Positions 1-11,377 of a DNA stretch of 64,000 bases are shown in pieces; within the stretch, counting starts at the first letter, position 1; each line of letters starts with the position of its first letter. The notes under the pieces were generated by a model that saw only the letters and a program-made list of their open reading frames with translations, was not told where the DNA came from and did not search any database. The stretch comes from Felis catus (taxonomy: Eukaryota). The translations under genes and the position numbers were made by a program. The stretch lies in the NCBI RefSeq assembly GCF_018350175.1, contig NC_058369.1, positions 9,922,001 to 9,986,000 on the forward strand, given 5' to 3'.

Positions 1-1051
1 TCCAGGACCTGGAGCTAGCCACTGGCTATCGGGTGTACGGCCGCTGCCGAATGGAGAACGAAGAGGGTCTGTGGGGCCACCAGAGCCCTGTTCTGTCCTT
101 CCAGACGCCGCCCTCTGGTGAGGCTCTCCAGGCTTGCCCGACACCCTCGTCTCCCCTCCCGGAAGTCTGTACCACCGTGCCTCTCTCACTTGTACCCCCT
201 TTCCTCCTCCTTGGCAACTCCAAAAGACGTATGGATATCGGGGAATGTCTGCGGGACAGCGGGCACACAGGAAGCCCTGCTTCTGTGGAAGGTGAGCTGT
301 GGGGCTCCGTCCCATTTCCCTGCGCATGTCAGGAAGCCCCAAATAACAACCACGTGGACAAGACAGAGGTGACGATGCTGATGCTGCCTACTTGAGGTGA
401 CCTCAAGGCTTTGCGGGGGTGTGGGGGAGGGATGCTCAGAGAGGTCCTGGCTTAGGGCAAGCCTCCCCCAACGTCAGCTACTTCTAGGAGGTCTGAGCTG
501 AGACATGAAGGTGGGTGCAGGCCGGGGGGGTGGGGGGGACAGCAGGTGCAAAGGTTTGAAAGCAAGAGTAGGCTCAGCTCCATAAAATACAGCACAGTGC
601 GCCAGGGCTCCGGTGCTAGTATGGAAGTGGCGTTAGGAGAGGACAGAAACCCATCCCCACTGCTCCCAATCTGTTGAGCACCTACGATGTTCCAGGCGTC
701 GCTAGGCCCTGGCTCACAGTAAATATGGCAGAGGAACAAAACAGCAGGGCCCATAACCCTCTTAGGCCACATGGTCTAATATTAATTTTTTTTTAATTTT
801 TTTTTTTTTTTTGAGAGAGACAGCACGATCCGAATAGGGGCAGAGAGAGAGAGAGAGAGAGGGAGAGAGACAGAGGATCCAAAGAGTGCTCCACGCTGAC
901 AGCAGCAAGCATGATGCGGGGCTTAAACTCACAAATGTAAGATCATGACCTGAGGCAAAATTAGATGCTTAATTGACTGAGCCACCCAGGTGTCCCTAAT
1001 ATTAATTTTAATACATTATTTTATTTTACATTAAATTTTAAAATGTTTATT

Positions 1052-1104
<53 letters not shown>

Positions 1105-1593
1105 GCATGAGCAGGAGAGGGGAAGAAAGAGAGGGAGACACAGAATCTGAAGTAGGTTCCAGGCTCTGAGCTGTCAGCACAGAATGCGACGTGGGGCTTA
1201 AAGTCACAAACCGTGAGATCATGACCTGAGCTGAAGTCAGAAGCTTAACCACCTGAGCCACCCAGGCACCCCTATAGTCATGTTTTTAAAAAATATGATA
1301 AAGACTTCTGATTGTAACATTCAGTAGAAAGTGAAGGGGAGGGGCCCCTGTGTGGCTCAGTTGGTTAAACGTCTGGCTTCAGCTCAGGTCATGATCTCAT
1401 GGTTCATGAGTTTGAGCCCTCATTGGGCTCTCTGCTGTCAGTGCAGAGCCCGCTTTGGATCCTCTGTCTCCTTCTCTCTCCCTCTCTCTCTCAAAAATAA
1501 ATAAACATAAGAAAGAGAAAGAAGAAACAAAGAAAGGAAGGAAGGAAGGAAGAAAGAAAGAAGAAAAAGGGAGAGAGGGAGGGAAAGAAAGAA

Positions 1594-1641
<48 letters not shown>

Positions 1642-2997
1642 AAAAGAAAGAAAAGAAAAGAAAGAAAGGGAGAGAGAGAGGGAGGGAGGGAAAGAAAAAG
1701 AAAGAAAGGGAAGGGAAGGGAGGGGGAGGAAGGGAAGGAAGAAGAAAATGAAGGGGAAATAAAGTAGCTACATGACGGCAACAATTCAGTTCACCAATAT
1801 GATATGAGTACTAAAACTATATGTACCTAATAATATGGCTTTAAAATACATATAGCAAAAATTGACAGAACTACAAGGAGAAATATATGAATCCACAACC
1901 ATTGTGGGAGAGTTTAACACACTCCTATCAGTAATTTCATCATAGATGAAAAACAAGTCAAGATCTAGAATATCTGAGCATGTGATTAGCAAACAACCTA
2001 ATAGACTCACATAGGAAATGTCAGAACATGCCTTTCTTCCATGTACAATTAAGACATTTACCAAAATCAACTGCATACCAGGCCATAGAGCCAGTTTCCA
2101 GGGGCTTCAAAGGGGTGAGGTGATACAGGGCACATTAAAGCATTCTCTAATTAGAACACAGACTGTACTGGGAATTGATAATAAAAAACTGCCTAGAAAT
2201 CCCCATATTCTGAATATTTAAAAGTTCAGTGAGCATTCACACCAGGCCCCCCAAAGGTTTTGTCTTTATACATCAAAAGGAGGGGCGCCTGGGTGGCTCA
2301 GTTGGTTAAGCGTCCGACTTCAGCTCAGGTCACGATTTCGCGGTCCGTGGGTTCGAGCCCCGCGTCAGGCTCTGGGCTGATGGCTCGGAACCTGGAGCCT
2401 GCTTCTGATTCTGTGTCTCCCTCTCTCTCTGCCCCTCCCCCATTCAAGCTCTGTCTCTCTCTGTCTCAAAAATAAATAAACGTTAAAAAACATTTAAAAC
2501 AAACAAACAAACAAAAGGAGTTTGCTTCTAGGGGCACCTGGGTGGCTCAGTCGGCTAAGCGTCCGACTTCAGCCCAGATCATGATCTCATGGTTTGTGGG
2601 TTCAGCCCCGAGTCAGGCTCTGGGCTGACAGCTTGGAGCCTAGAGCTTGCTTCGGATTCTGTGTGTGTGTGTCTCTCTCTCTGCCCCTCCCCTGCGCTCT
2701 CTCTCTCTCTCTCTCTTTCTGTCTCAAAAGTAAATAAGCATCTTTTTAAAGAAGGAGTTTCGTTGTAGGATCAGTTAACATTATTAGATAGGCTTTTCAT
2801 CTACGAAAGTTTCCAGTGGGGATGCCATTCTAAAGCCACAATGGTCAAGGGGCAGTTTTTTGTTTCCAGGACAGTGTTACATCCCTGGCTCTTGCCCATC
2901 AAATACCAACCACATTTCGGCTCAGGTCATGATCTCACAGTTCGTGGGGTCGAGCCCCATGTGGGGCTCTTCGCTGACAGAGTGGAACCCGCTTGGG

Positions 2998-3039
<42 letters not shown>

Positions 3040-6000
3040 CCTCCCCCACTCACATGCACATGCACGCTCTCAAAACAAAGAAACAAACATAAAAAACAGT
3101 ACCAGTCATTGAGGCAACCAAAAATGCTCACAGACTTCCCCAGAGCGACGATCCTGGAGGCTGCGGTCCTCTTTGCTCCACATTCCCTCCCCTCTGTACA
3201 ACAGCGGGGATTTTTAAATCCGAAGAGCCACGCAGGACACAGATTACGATGAAAGGGTAAGGCAGGGCCATACAAGTGCAGGGGCAGATCCTGTCCTTAA
3301 AATCTTGAAATTTTGTTTGTCATGGGTTGTTTGGCCTTCATTGTGATGGAGTAGAATAGAATTTTTCTTGATTGCTGGGTTTTCCCTATCCTCCCCTTCA
3401 ACTTTTGCACCCGAGGCGAGGGCCTCACCTCCCACTTCACCCTAGTTGGGGCCCTGGAACTGTATTCTAATTTCACCTGTGCCACAGAGCCCCCTTGAGG
3501 CTCCGTTGCTTCATCCGTAACACGTAACACGGAGCCGGCAGAAATAGTCCACGGACTGCTTTGTCAGGCGGACCTCACGGAGACCCACAGCCACAGCGTG
3601 TGCCTGGCAAATGGGAGATAGTAACTAACACCTTTTTCCTGTCGGCCTTCAGGCCCCGGGCCACTGCGTGCGGATGAGCTATAAAGTCTGGTTCCAGATT
3701 AAAGGTCAGGAGCTGATCCGGAAGACGGCTGCCTGCTGCAACTTCTCCATCCCCAGCCAGGCGGGGTGGGTCGGGCTGTCCGCCGTCAATGCCACGAGCT
3801 GGAAGCCTCTCACGAACCTTTCTTTGGCCTGCTTGGGTAAGAGGCTCTGGATCGGCCCCGCCCCCGCCCCGCCCCGCCCCTGAGAGGGAGGCGAGGCCTC
3901 CTAGCGTCGACCGCTGAGACTCCTCCCCCGTCCAGGTCCAAGTGCTGCCCCCCATGGCGTGGTGGTCAGGAGCGTGGCCGGGAGCCCGGAACTGCTGGTG
4001 ACTTGGCAGCGGGGGTCTGGGGAGTTGCAGGAGCACGTGGTGGACTGGGCCCGGGACGGGGATCCCCTGGACGCCCTCAACTGGATCCGGCTTCCTCCTG
4101 AGAACCTCAGAGCGCTATTGCCAGGTGAGGCCCGGGGACACCGGGGTTCCCGTCTCGGCGCTTGCATAGCGGACTGATGAGTGGGCCTGCAGGAGAGAAG
4201 GTTACGTTTAAAGTCTCATTAATTCATGCATGCGGTATTCACCGACCGCTCACTGTGGGCCAGGCCGTGTGCGGGACACTGGTGGGCAGTGAGAACCGCG
4301 GATGTCTGTTGGCATTTACCGTAAGCATTAAATGATTCAAACTGCCTTATAAAGTAGGCCTCTGTTATTATCGTGCCCGAGGTATAGGTGAAGAAAAAGG
4401 CCCAGGGAGGTTAAGCAACTTGCCCGGAACCACACGGCAAATAGGTGGTAGAACCAGGAGTTGAACCACATTATCAGGCCCCTGAAGCCAAACCCTGAGC
4501 CCTCACACTACCCTCCCTCTCGGCAACATCCCCATCGTCATGGAGCTGACTTTCTTATGGGTGAGCAGCCAATGAAACAAACAAACAACAAAACAAATAC
4601 TCCGACAGTGTCATGGGGGGGGGGGAATAAAACATGGTAAAGGGGGGAGGGAGCACTGCTATTTTAGAAAGAAAGGTTAGAAAAGGCCTTTGTGGAAAAG
4701 CCACATTTGAACCGACACCCGAAGGAGGTGAGAGAGGGAGCTGTGAGGATGTCTGAGGGAAAAGCAAGAGGGAACAGACAGCGCAAGGGCCCAGAGGCAG
4801 GAATGTGCCTGATATGTTAGAAGAACAGCCAGGAGGCCGGTGTGGCAGGAGTAGAATGCATGAGGGGAGAGAGGGGGAGGAGGTGAGGGCAGGGAGGTGA
4901 CAGGCAAATTGTGCAAAGCCTGGTGGGTTACAAGGACTTGGGTTTATCCCGAGTGAGGTAGGAGCCATGGAGAGTTCTGAGCAAGAATGGATATGCCCTG
5001 ACTTGGTTGCTCACAGGTGCCCTTTGGCTGCTCTTGGGGGGAGTGGACTGAGAAGGGGTGAGGGCTGGACCACGTGGGAACTGAGGAAGGGGGGAGAAGC
5101 AGGCAGGTTCTGACTGGGGAGTCCTGGGCAGAATTTTGGGGATCCACTTGGATATGTTTTGTTGGAGATGTTCATCCAAATGGAGCTGTCCATGGGGCTG
5201 TTGGATACTCAGGTCTGGGGCTTGCTATGAGTTCTGGGCTGGGATGTGGTGCTGGGGAGCCCATCCTTGGTGTAAAGGACTTGGGAGAGCATGAGAGGGA
5301 GGCATTGAGTGAAAAATTTAGGAAGGACAGAGTTCCGAGGACCATAGCATATATGGAGAAAAGAGGAGGAGCCCTGATTTTGGAAAATTCCCATCTCGGG
5401 AAGGCCATGCAGCAGCCGTAGGCTTTGAGAAGGGACCTCAGGAGCCTCACCTACCGTGATGGGTGGCGTCAGAGCCACCCCACCCGTAGCCCGGTGTTTT
5501 GACCGTCTCCCAGCCTCCGGCACCTGTATTTCCTTTGCCCTGAAGCCTTTTTCTGGTCACTGAAGCATTTCGCCTGCCTAAGCAGCCGGCTGGAAGTGCT
5601 TGGGAATTAAGTCCCATCAGATGCAGCCCTCCACTGATTACTGGTAAGGGTTGGTGGATACATACCCCAGCTTCCTCCCTCCCTGGGTGGGTTGGCTCTC
5701 AGGCATGTGCTCTCTGCTGCCTCCCAGAGGTCGCCGACGGGATTGAATTTCCATTGCCTACATTGGGAAATTGTTCTCATCATTTACTGGAGGGCTGCCT
5801 CTCTTTCCCCATTTCACTTCCCAGCCGCCCTGGTGGTGTTCTGTGGGGTTACCACCCAGGAAAATTACTTTTACCCAAATATTTCTCTCAGCATGTCCTT
5901 CAGGAGACCCAAATGAAGACGCCTACTGGGTAGGGACTGAGTAGGGGAGGGGGTGCCAACTCTGTCTTTGTCCCTCCACCCACCAGGGCAGTTTGAAGGA

Positions 6001-7027
6001 GGGGTCCCCTACCGAATCACAGTGACAGCAGTCTCTCCTTGCGGCTTGGCCCCTGCCCCCTCAGTCTGGAGGTTCACAGAGGAACTAGGTAAGTGGTGGG
6101 GCTGGAGAATGGTGGAACCCTCTAGAACCGTGACAGACCTTGACCCCCTGGCTTCCTCCCCAGTGCCCTTAGCAGGACCAACACTTTGGCGACTCCAGGA
6201 CACCCCACCAGGAACCCCCGCCATAGCATGGGGAGAGGTCCCAAGGCGCCAACTTCGGGGCCATCTCACCCACTACACCTTGTGCACACAGAGCGGGACC
6301 GGGCCTTCTGTCTGCATGAATGGTGAGCTTCACTGCCCCTGTCCCCTGCTCCTAGCCCCCACAAGACCCACCCATCAGTCTACCCAACTCTTGTCCCCAG
6401 ATTGGCCCCTTGGTTCCCTCTCAGCCCCTGGGGAAATAACAGGGTGTCCTCAGCTCCCTAGTGGACAATAATCCTGTGGCTATCAATATAACGAACTGCC
6501 ATTTGGCCATTAAAAATGAAGACTTTGATCTATATTTATTGACACTGAGAGATGCCTGTCATGTTTTATTAAGCGAAAAAGATAAAAAGATGACAAAACT
6601 CCAAGAGATGGTTCCATTTCTGTAAAAGAAACCCAGCACTGAGCAAAGCAGAGGTGCAAATATGGAAAGAAATTGTGCACCATGTCAACAGGATCACAGG
6701 GTTATGTGTGATTTTTATTTCAAGTATGTATCCATCGTTAGATTTAAAAAAAATTTGTTTTGGGGCACCTGGGTGGCTCAGTCGGTTAAGGGTCCGACTT
6801 CAGCTCAGGTCATGATCTCGCGGTCCGTGAGTTCGAGCCCCGCGTCGGGCTCTGTGCTGACCGCTCGGAGCCTGGAGCCTGTTTCGGATTCTGTGTCTCC
6901 CTCTCTCTCTGACCCTCCCCCGTTCACGCTCTGTCTCTCTTTGTCTCAAAAATAAATAAACGTTAAAAAAAATTAAAAAAAATTGTTTTAATTTTAGAGA
7001 GAGGGTGCAGACAAGGCACAGGGGTAA

Positions 7028-7080
<53 letters not shown>

Positions 7081-8158
7081 CTTAAGCAGGCTCTGTGCTC
7101 AGTGCAGAGCCCGACGTGGGTTTCAATCCCATGACCCTGGGATCGTGACCTGGACTGAAATCAAGAGTCAGATGCTAAACCGACTGAACCACCCAGGCAC
7201 CCCTTACGTTTTTATATTTATATGTTATTAAATATATACACATGTATGTATTATGATTATTTTTAAAAGAGGACCATGTACTGGGGCACCTGAGTGGCTC
7301 AGTTGGTTAAGCATCTGACTTCAGCTCAGGTCATGATCTCGTGGTTCATGAGTTCAAACCCTGCATTGAACTCTCTGCTGTCAGTGCAGAGCTCGCTTTG
7401 GATCCTCTGTCTCCCTCTTTCTCTGCCCCTCCCCTGCTCATGCTCTCTCTCAAAAATAAATAAACATTTAAAAAAAGGGCGGGGCGCCTGGGTGGCTCAG
7501 TCAGTTAAATGGCTGACTTTTGATTTCCGCTCACGTCATGATCTCATGGTCCTGAGTTCGAGCCCCGCATCGGGTTTTGTGCTCACAGTGTGGAGCCTGC
7601 TTCGGACCCTCTGTCTCCCTCTTTCGGCCCCTCCCCGGCTCATTCTCTCCCCCTCTCTCCTTCTCAAAAATAAATCGATGCTAAATCGTAAAAAATAGGG
7701 GCGCCTGGATGGCGCAGTCGGTTAAGCGTCCGACTTCAGCCAGGTCACGATCTCGCGGTCCGTGAGTTCGAGCCCCGCGTCGGGCTCTGGGCTGATGGCT
7801 CAGAGCCTGGAGCCTGTTTCCGATTCTGTGTCTCCCTCTCTCTCTGCCCCTCCCCCGTTCATGCTCTGTCTCTCTCTGTCCCAAAAATAAATAAACGTTG
7901 AAAAAAATTTTTTTTAAATAAATAAATAAATCGTAAAAAATAAAACAAAATAAAATAAAATACCATGTTACAGACTATAGTTGGGCCCCTGAATCTCTTA
8001 TGACTGTGATATTTTGCAACTTTATTTTTTTCACCTGCTGATTTAGCTTAGACATTTTCTATGGCAATATATCTGGGTCCGTGCTCATGTCTCCTATTAG
8101 CCTGTAACAAACCAAAAAGCTACTTCCTCTTTTAGCTTAAAAACAAAAAAGACAATTT

Positions 8159-8192
<34 letters not shown>

Positions 8193-8956
8193 TAGACAAA
8201 TATAGCTCTGGGAGGTGCACATGTCTTCCCCTTATCTGGGGAGAATCTGTATTCACTGGGTCAATGTGCAGGTGAGGAATATGATGCTCATTCATTCTGT
8301 TAGTTTTTCAAATGTATGTCGTTTTTGAGGGCTTTCTGTATGCCAGGCACTGATCTAGGTGCTGGGAATATGGCCCTTGTAGAGCTTGCTTGCTTTCTTC
8401 CTTCTTCCTTCCTTCCTTCTTCCTTCCTTCCTTCTTCCTTCCTTCCTTCTTCCTTCCTTCCTTCTTCCTTCCTTCCTTCCTTCCTCCTTCCTTCCTTCCT
8501 CCTTCCTTCCTTCCTCCTTCCTTCCTTCCTCCTTCCTTCCTCCTTCCTTCCTTCCTTCCTTCCTTCCTTCCTCCTTCCTCCTTCCTTCCCTCCTTCCTTC
8601 CTTCCTTCCTTCTTTCTTTCTTTCTTTCTTTCTTTCTTTCGTTCTTTCTTTCTTTCTTTCTTTCTTTCTGTTTACTTATTTATTTTGGGTGCCTGGGCGT
8701 CTCAATCGGTTTAAGCATCCGACTTTGGCCCAGGTCGTAAACTCGTGGTTCATGAGTTCGAGCCCCGCATCGGGCTCTGTGCTGATGGCTCGGAGACTGA
8801 AGCCTGCTTCAGATTCTGTGTCTCCCTCTCTCTCTGCCACTCCCCCACTCATGCTCTGTCTGTCTCTCTCAAAAATGAATAAACATTACATTTTTTTAAT
8901 AAATAAAAATAAAGTTTACTTATTTTGAGAGAGAGAGAGAACGAGCACAGAGCAGG

Positions 8957-8995
<39 letters not shown>

Positions 8996-10550
8996 TCCCA
9001 AGCAGGCTCTGCACTGTCAGTGTGGAGCCCAGCACGGGGTTTGATCTCAGGAACCACGAGACTGTGACCTGAGCTGAAACCAAGAGCTGGACACTTAACT
9101 GGTTGAGCCACCCAGGCTCCTTGTGGAGCCAACTTTCCTGTGGTCAGGGAGGACCTCACTGAGGAGGTGAAATTTGAGCAAAGAAGGCTGGAGTCATGTG
9201 GGTATCTGGGGAGAGTGTTGCAGACATAGAGAAAGCACATGCAAAGGCCCTGAGGTAGGATTTGACTGCCTCCCCAACCTCTCTGGGTGTGTCCTTCAGT
9301 GAGTGGCAGCGCCCGGAACATCACCCTGCCTGACCTTCCCTGGGGTCCTTGTGAGCTGTGGATGACCGCATCCACCATCGCAGGACAGGGCCCACCCGGT
9401 CCCAGCCTCCGGCTTCACCTACCAGGTAGAGGGGCTGGGGTTGGGACTACCACAGGAGGGGGCCTGCTCCATTTCAAGGAAATAGGGGTTTCCGAGAGTG
9501 AGCAACCTTTTGACTTGGGGGTGGTTACTGATGATGCCTCAGGGGCATTCTGACCCTGCAGAGTACTCTGGATTATCAGGCAGTGTGTCTGACCCTTTCA
9601 CCCATCCCTGACGACTGTTTTGTTCACAACCCTCCCTCCCACCCCAAGATGTCCCCCACCCTTAGCCCTTACCCACTCCTAAGCCCCGCCCACTTACCTG
9701 CCTCCCGCACCCAAGCCCTTCCCCATCCGTGATCCATACCTGATCCCTCCCCCATCCCTGGTGTCTAAATGTTCTTGTGTCCCTCCGCCTCAGATAACAC
9801 CCTGAAGTGGAAAGTTCTGCCAGGTGTCTTTCTCCTGTGGGGCTTGCTCCTGATGGGCTGTGGTATGAGCCTAGCCACCTCTGGAAGGTGAGGGTGTCGG
9901 CCAGGTGGGTCTCTGCACAGGTGGGGAGGGCAGCCGGACCGAGCTAAGCTTTGCGGCGGGGTGGGGGGAGCCGATGGTGAGGGGACACTCAAGGCTCTGT
10001 GACGCTCCCGGACTCTGCAACCTGGGCCTGGGTATCAGGTCACCTAGATTCCCTGCCCTCTTATCTGCTTGCCAGGTGCCTCCACCTTCGGCACAAGGTA
10101 CTGCCCCGCTGGGTCTGGGAGAAGGTTCCTGATCCTGCCAATAGCAATTCTGGCCAGCCTCACATGGAGGTGAGCAAAAAGGCGGGCTTACCTGGGCCCT
10201 CTGGGAGGGTGGCGGGTGCTGGGAGAGTGGGGAGCGGGTGGGAACAGAGCGGGGAGAGTGAGGGGGGCCAGTATCTCAGTCTCGTTTCTTCCCAGGAGAT
10301 GCCTCAGGCTCAGCCCCTCGGGGACTTCCCCATCCTGAAAGTGGAGGAGATGGAACCACTCCCGGTTGCGGAGCCCCCCCAGGCCTCCACCCGGCTTGAC
10401 TCTGGGTATGAGAAGCACTTCCTGCCCACCCCTGAGGAGCTAGGCCTTCTGGGCCCGCCCCCAGGCCCCAAGTTCTGGCCTGAACCCACCACAAGCCAGG
10501 AGACGGCCACTCATTTGACGGATGAAGACACGGAGGATCAGGGAGGCTGA
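1..10550 (+). CDS. IL27RA: Interleukin-27 receptor subunit alpha (WSX-1), 5'-truncated by window edge; last 10 coding exons
   Basis: Exons 1-117, 227(or 218)-291, 3653-3836, 3936-4124, 5987-6088, 6164-6322, 9300-9425, 9794-9887, 10076-10169, 10296-10550, all with consistent phases. Peptides match recalled IL27RA: YGRCRME..LSFQTPPS, SAVNATSW.PLTNLSL, HVVDWARDGDPL, VPYRITVTAVS, LWRLQD.PPGTPAIAWGEVPR, DLPWGPCELW, TM segment KVLPGVFLLWGLLLMGCGMSLA, Box1 WEKVPDPANS, LDSGYEKHFLPTPEELGLL. Confidence 0.95.
785..1505. mobile_element. Cluster of three Can-SINEs (about 785-996 minus, 1030-1272 minus, 1341-1505 plus)
   Basis: tRNA-derived head GGGGCGCCTGGGTGGCTCAG (or its reverse complement), (CT)n tract, A-rich tail. 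The first copy is flanked by TSD TAATATTAATTT. Confidence 0.9.
1510..1760. repeat. (GAAA)n/(GGAA)n purine-rich simple repeat extending a SINE tail
   Basis: Direct reading of the sequence. Confidence 0.9.
1770..2225 (+). mobile_element. Old LINE-1 fragment (ORF2 endonuclease region, degraded)
   Basis: A-rich; resembles L1 ORF2 (..AAAATTGACAGAACTACAAGGAGAAATA..ACAACCATTGTGGGAGAGTTTAACAC..); no intact ORF. Confidence 0.7.
2282..3095 (+). mobile_element. Can-SINEs (about 2282-2490, 2531-2750, 5'-truncated 2915-3095)
   Basis: SINEC head, body, (CT)n tract and A tail. Confidence 0.88.
4290..5400. mobile_element. Ancient MIR and L2 fragments
   Basis: MIR core-like GAGGTTAAGCAACTTGCCC; L2-like TGCAAAGGCCC/GGAGCCATGGAGAGTT motifs. 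Boundaries approximate. Confidence 0.55.
6762..7960. mobile_element. Five-SINE cluster (6762-6985 +, 6990-7203 -, 7283-7475 +, 7480-7695 +, young 7698-7927 +)
   Basis: SINEC_Fc-type sequence. The last copy has a 15-bp [18 protein letters not shown] (7683-7697 / 7928-7942). Confidence 0.9.
8394..8668. repeat. Compound (TTCC)n/(CTT)/(TTTC)n pyrimidine microsatellite
   Basis: Direct reading; source of the spurious LPSSF ORFs in the track. Confidence 0.92.
8687..9120. mobile_element. Tail-to-tail Can-SINE pair (8687-8900 +, 8915-9120 -)
   Basis: SINEC motifs in opposite orientations. Confidence 0.88.
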
Positions 10551-10951
10551 GTCACTTGCTTGAGGACACCCAGCCAAGGACCCCTACAGCGAAGGGCCTG
10601 GCCCTACGGGGGCACATACAGATGGATGAGGGAGCAAAGGAAAACGTATGACGTCGAGAGTGGCAGCCACCTCCCCAGGTCCGTCCGGTCCCGCTGCTGT
10701 AACAGAACTGGAACCCGGCGTCCCCAGCCTCCCTCGCAGCTCGGTGCAGCCACGGACCAAGTTCTCGTCCACGGAACGTGAGCGGCAGTACCGCGTGCCG
10801 ACGCCCAGGCTGTTCTCTTCCCTTTCCCGTGAGCTGGAACATCAACAGTGCCCGTGATCCCGCTTTAACCACACCGAAGGGGAAGGTGAGGCAAGTAGGG
10901 GAAAGAAACCTGAGTCCCCAAGTGACCGCATGAATCAGAGCCACCCGGAGA

Positions 10952-10957
10952 AATAAA
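10952..10957 (+). terminator. IL27RA polyadenylation signal (AATAAA)
   Basis: AATAAA about 400 nt after the stop, followed by T-rich sequence. Confidence 0.65.
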
Positions 10958-11095
10958 CTTTTATGTTTTTATAGCTAAGGTAGCTTGGGAACTTGCCACA
11001 GGAGCCGCGTATATCCTCACACTGGCTCAGTCTTTGATCCTAGCAGAGCGAGGCCTTGGACTTCCCACCAGGGGACGGCGAGGTGGTTCCGTGCG

Positions 11096-11097
<2 letters not shown>

Positions 11098-11128
<31 letters not shown>
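11098..11128. repeat. (CA)n microsatellite between the convergent IL27RA and PALM3 3' ends
   Basis: Direct reading of the sequence. Confidence 0.9.
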
Positions 11129-11130
<2 letters not shown>

Positions 11131-11155
11131 CCAACTGTCCGAATGCTTTAACGTT

Positions 11156-11161
11156 TTTATT
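11156..11161 (-). terminator. PALM3 polyadenylation signal (AATAAA on minus strand)
   Basis: TTTATT on + strand about 220 nt past the PALM3 stop. Confidence 0.65.
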
Positions 11162-11377
11162 TTCAAGTATAAAGGCTTTGTCGTAGAAGGGAGCCGGGGT
11201 CACAGGCAGTGGGCGAGGGGTCCGGAAGCCCAGGTGGAGGTGGACGAGCGGGCCAGCTGGCTCCCAGGTGCCACAGCCGGTCCCGTGGTGCCCTGTCTGT
11301 GCCCGGGACCCGCTGCTGGATGCCAAGAGGCCGAGGTAGCTGTGAGAGGAGCCGGGCGTGGGGTGGAGGGTGTGGGC

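Noticed and set aside
1455..1784. Lys/Glu/Arg-rich and Phe/Ser/Leu-rich ORFs
   Set aside because: Translations of the (GAAA)n simple repeat.
2260..2475. Recurrent 'GAWVAQLVKRPTSAQVMISR..' ORFs across the window, and tRNA-like A/B boxes
   Set aside because: Can-SINE translations; the tRNA-derived heads are not tRNA genes.
8316..8928. ORFs of repeated LPSSF/FLPS
   Set aside because: Translations of the (TTCC)n microsatellite plus a SINE.
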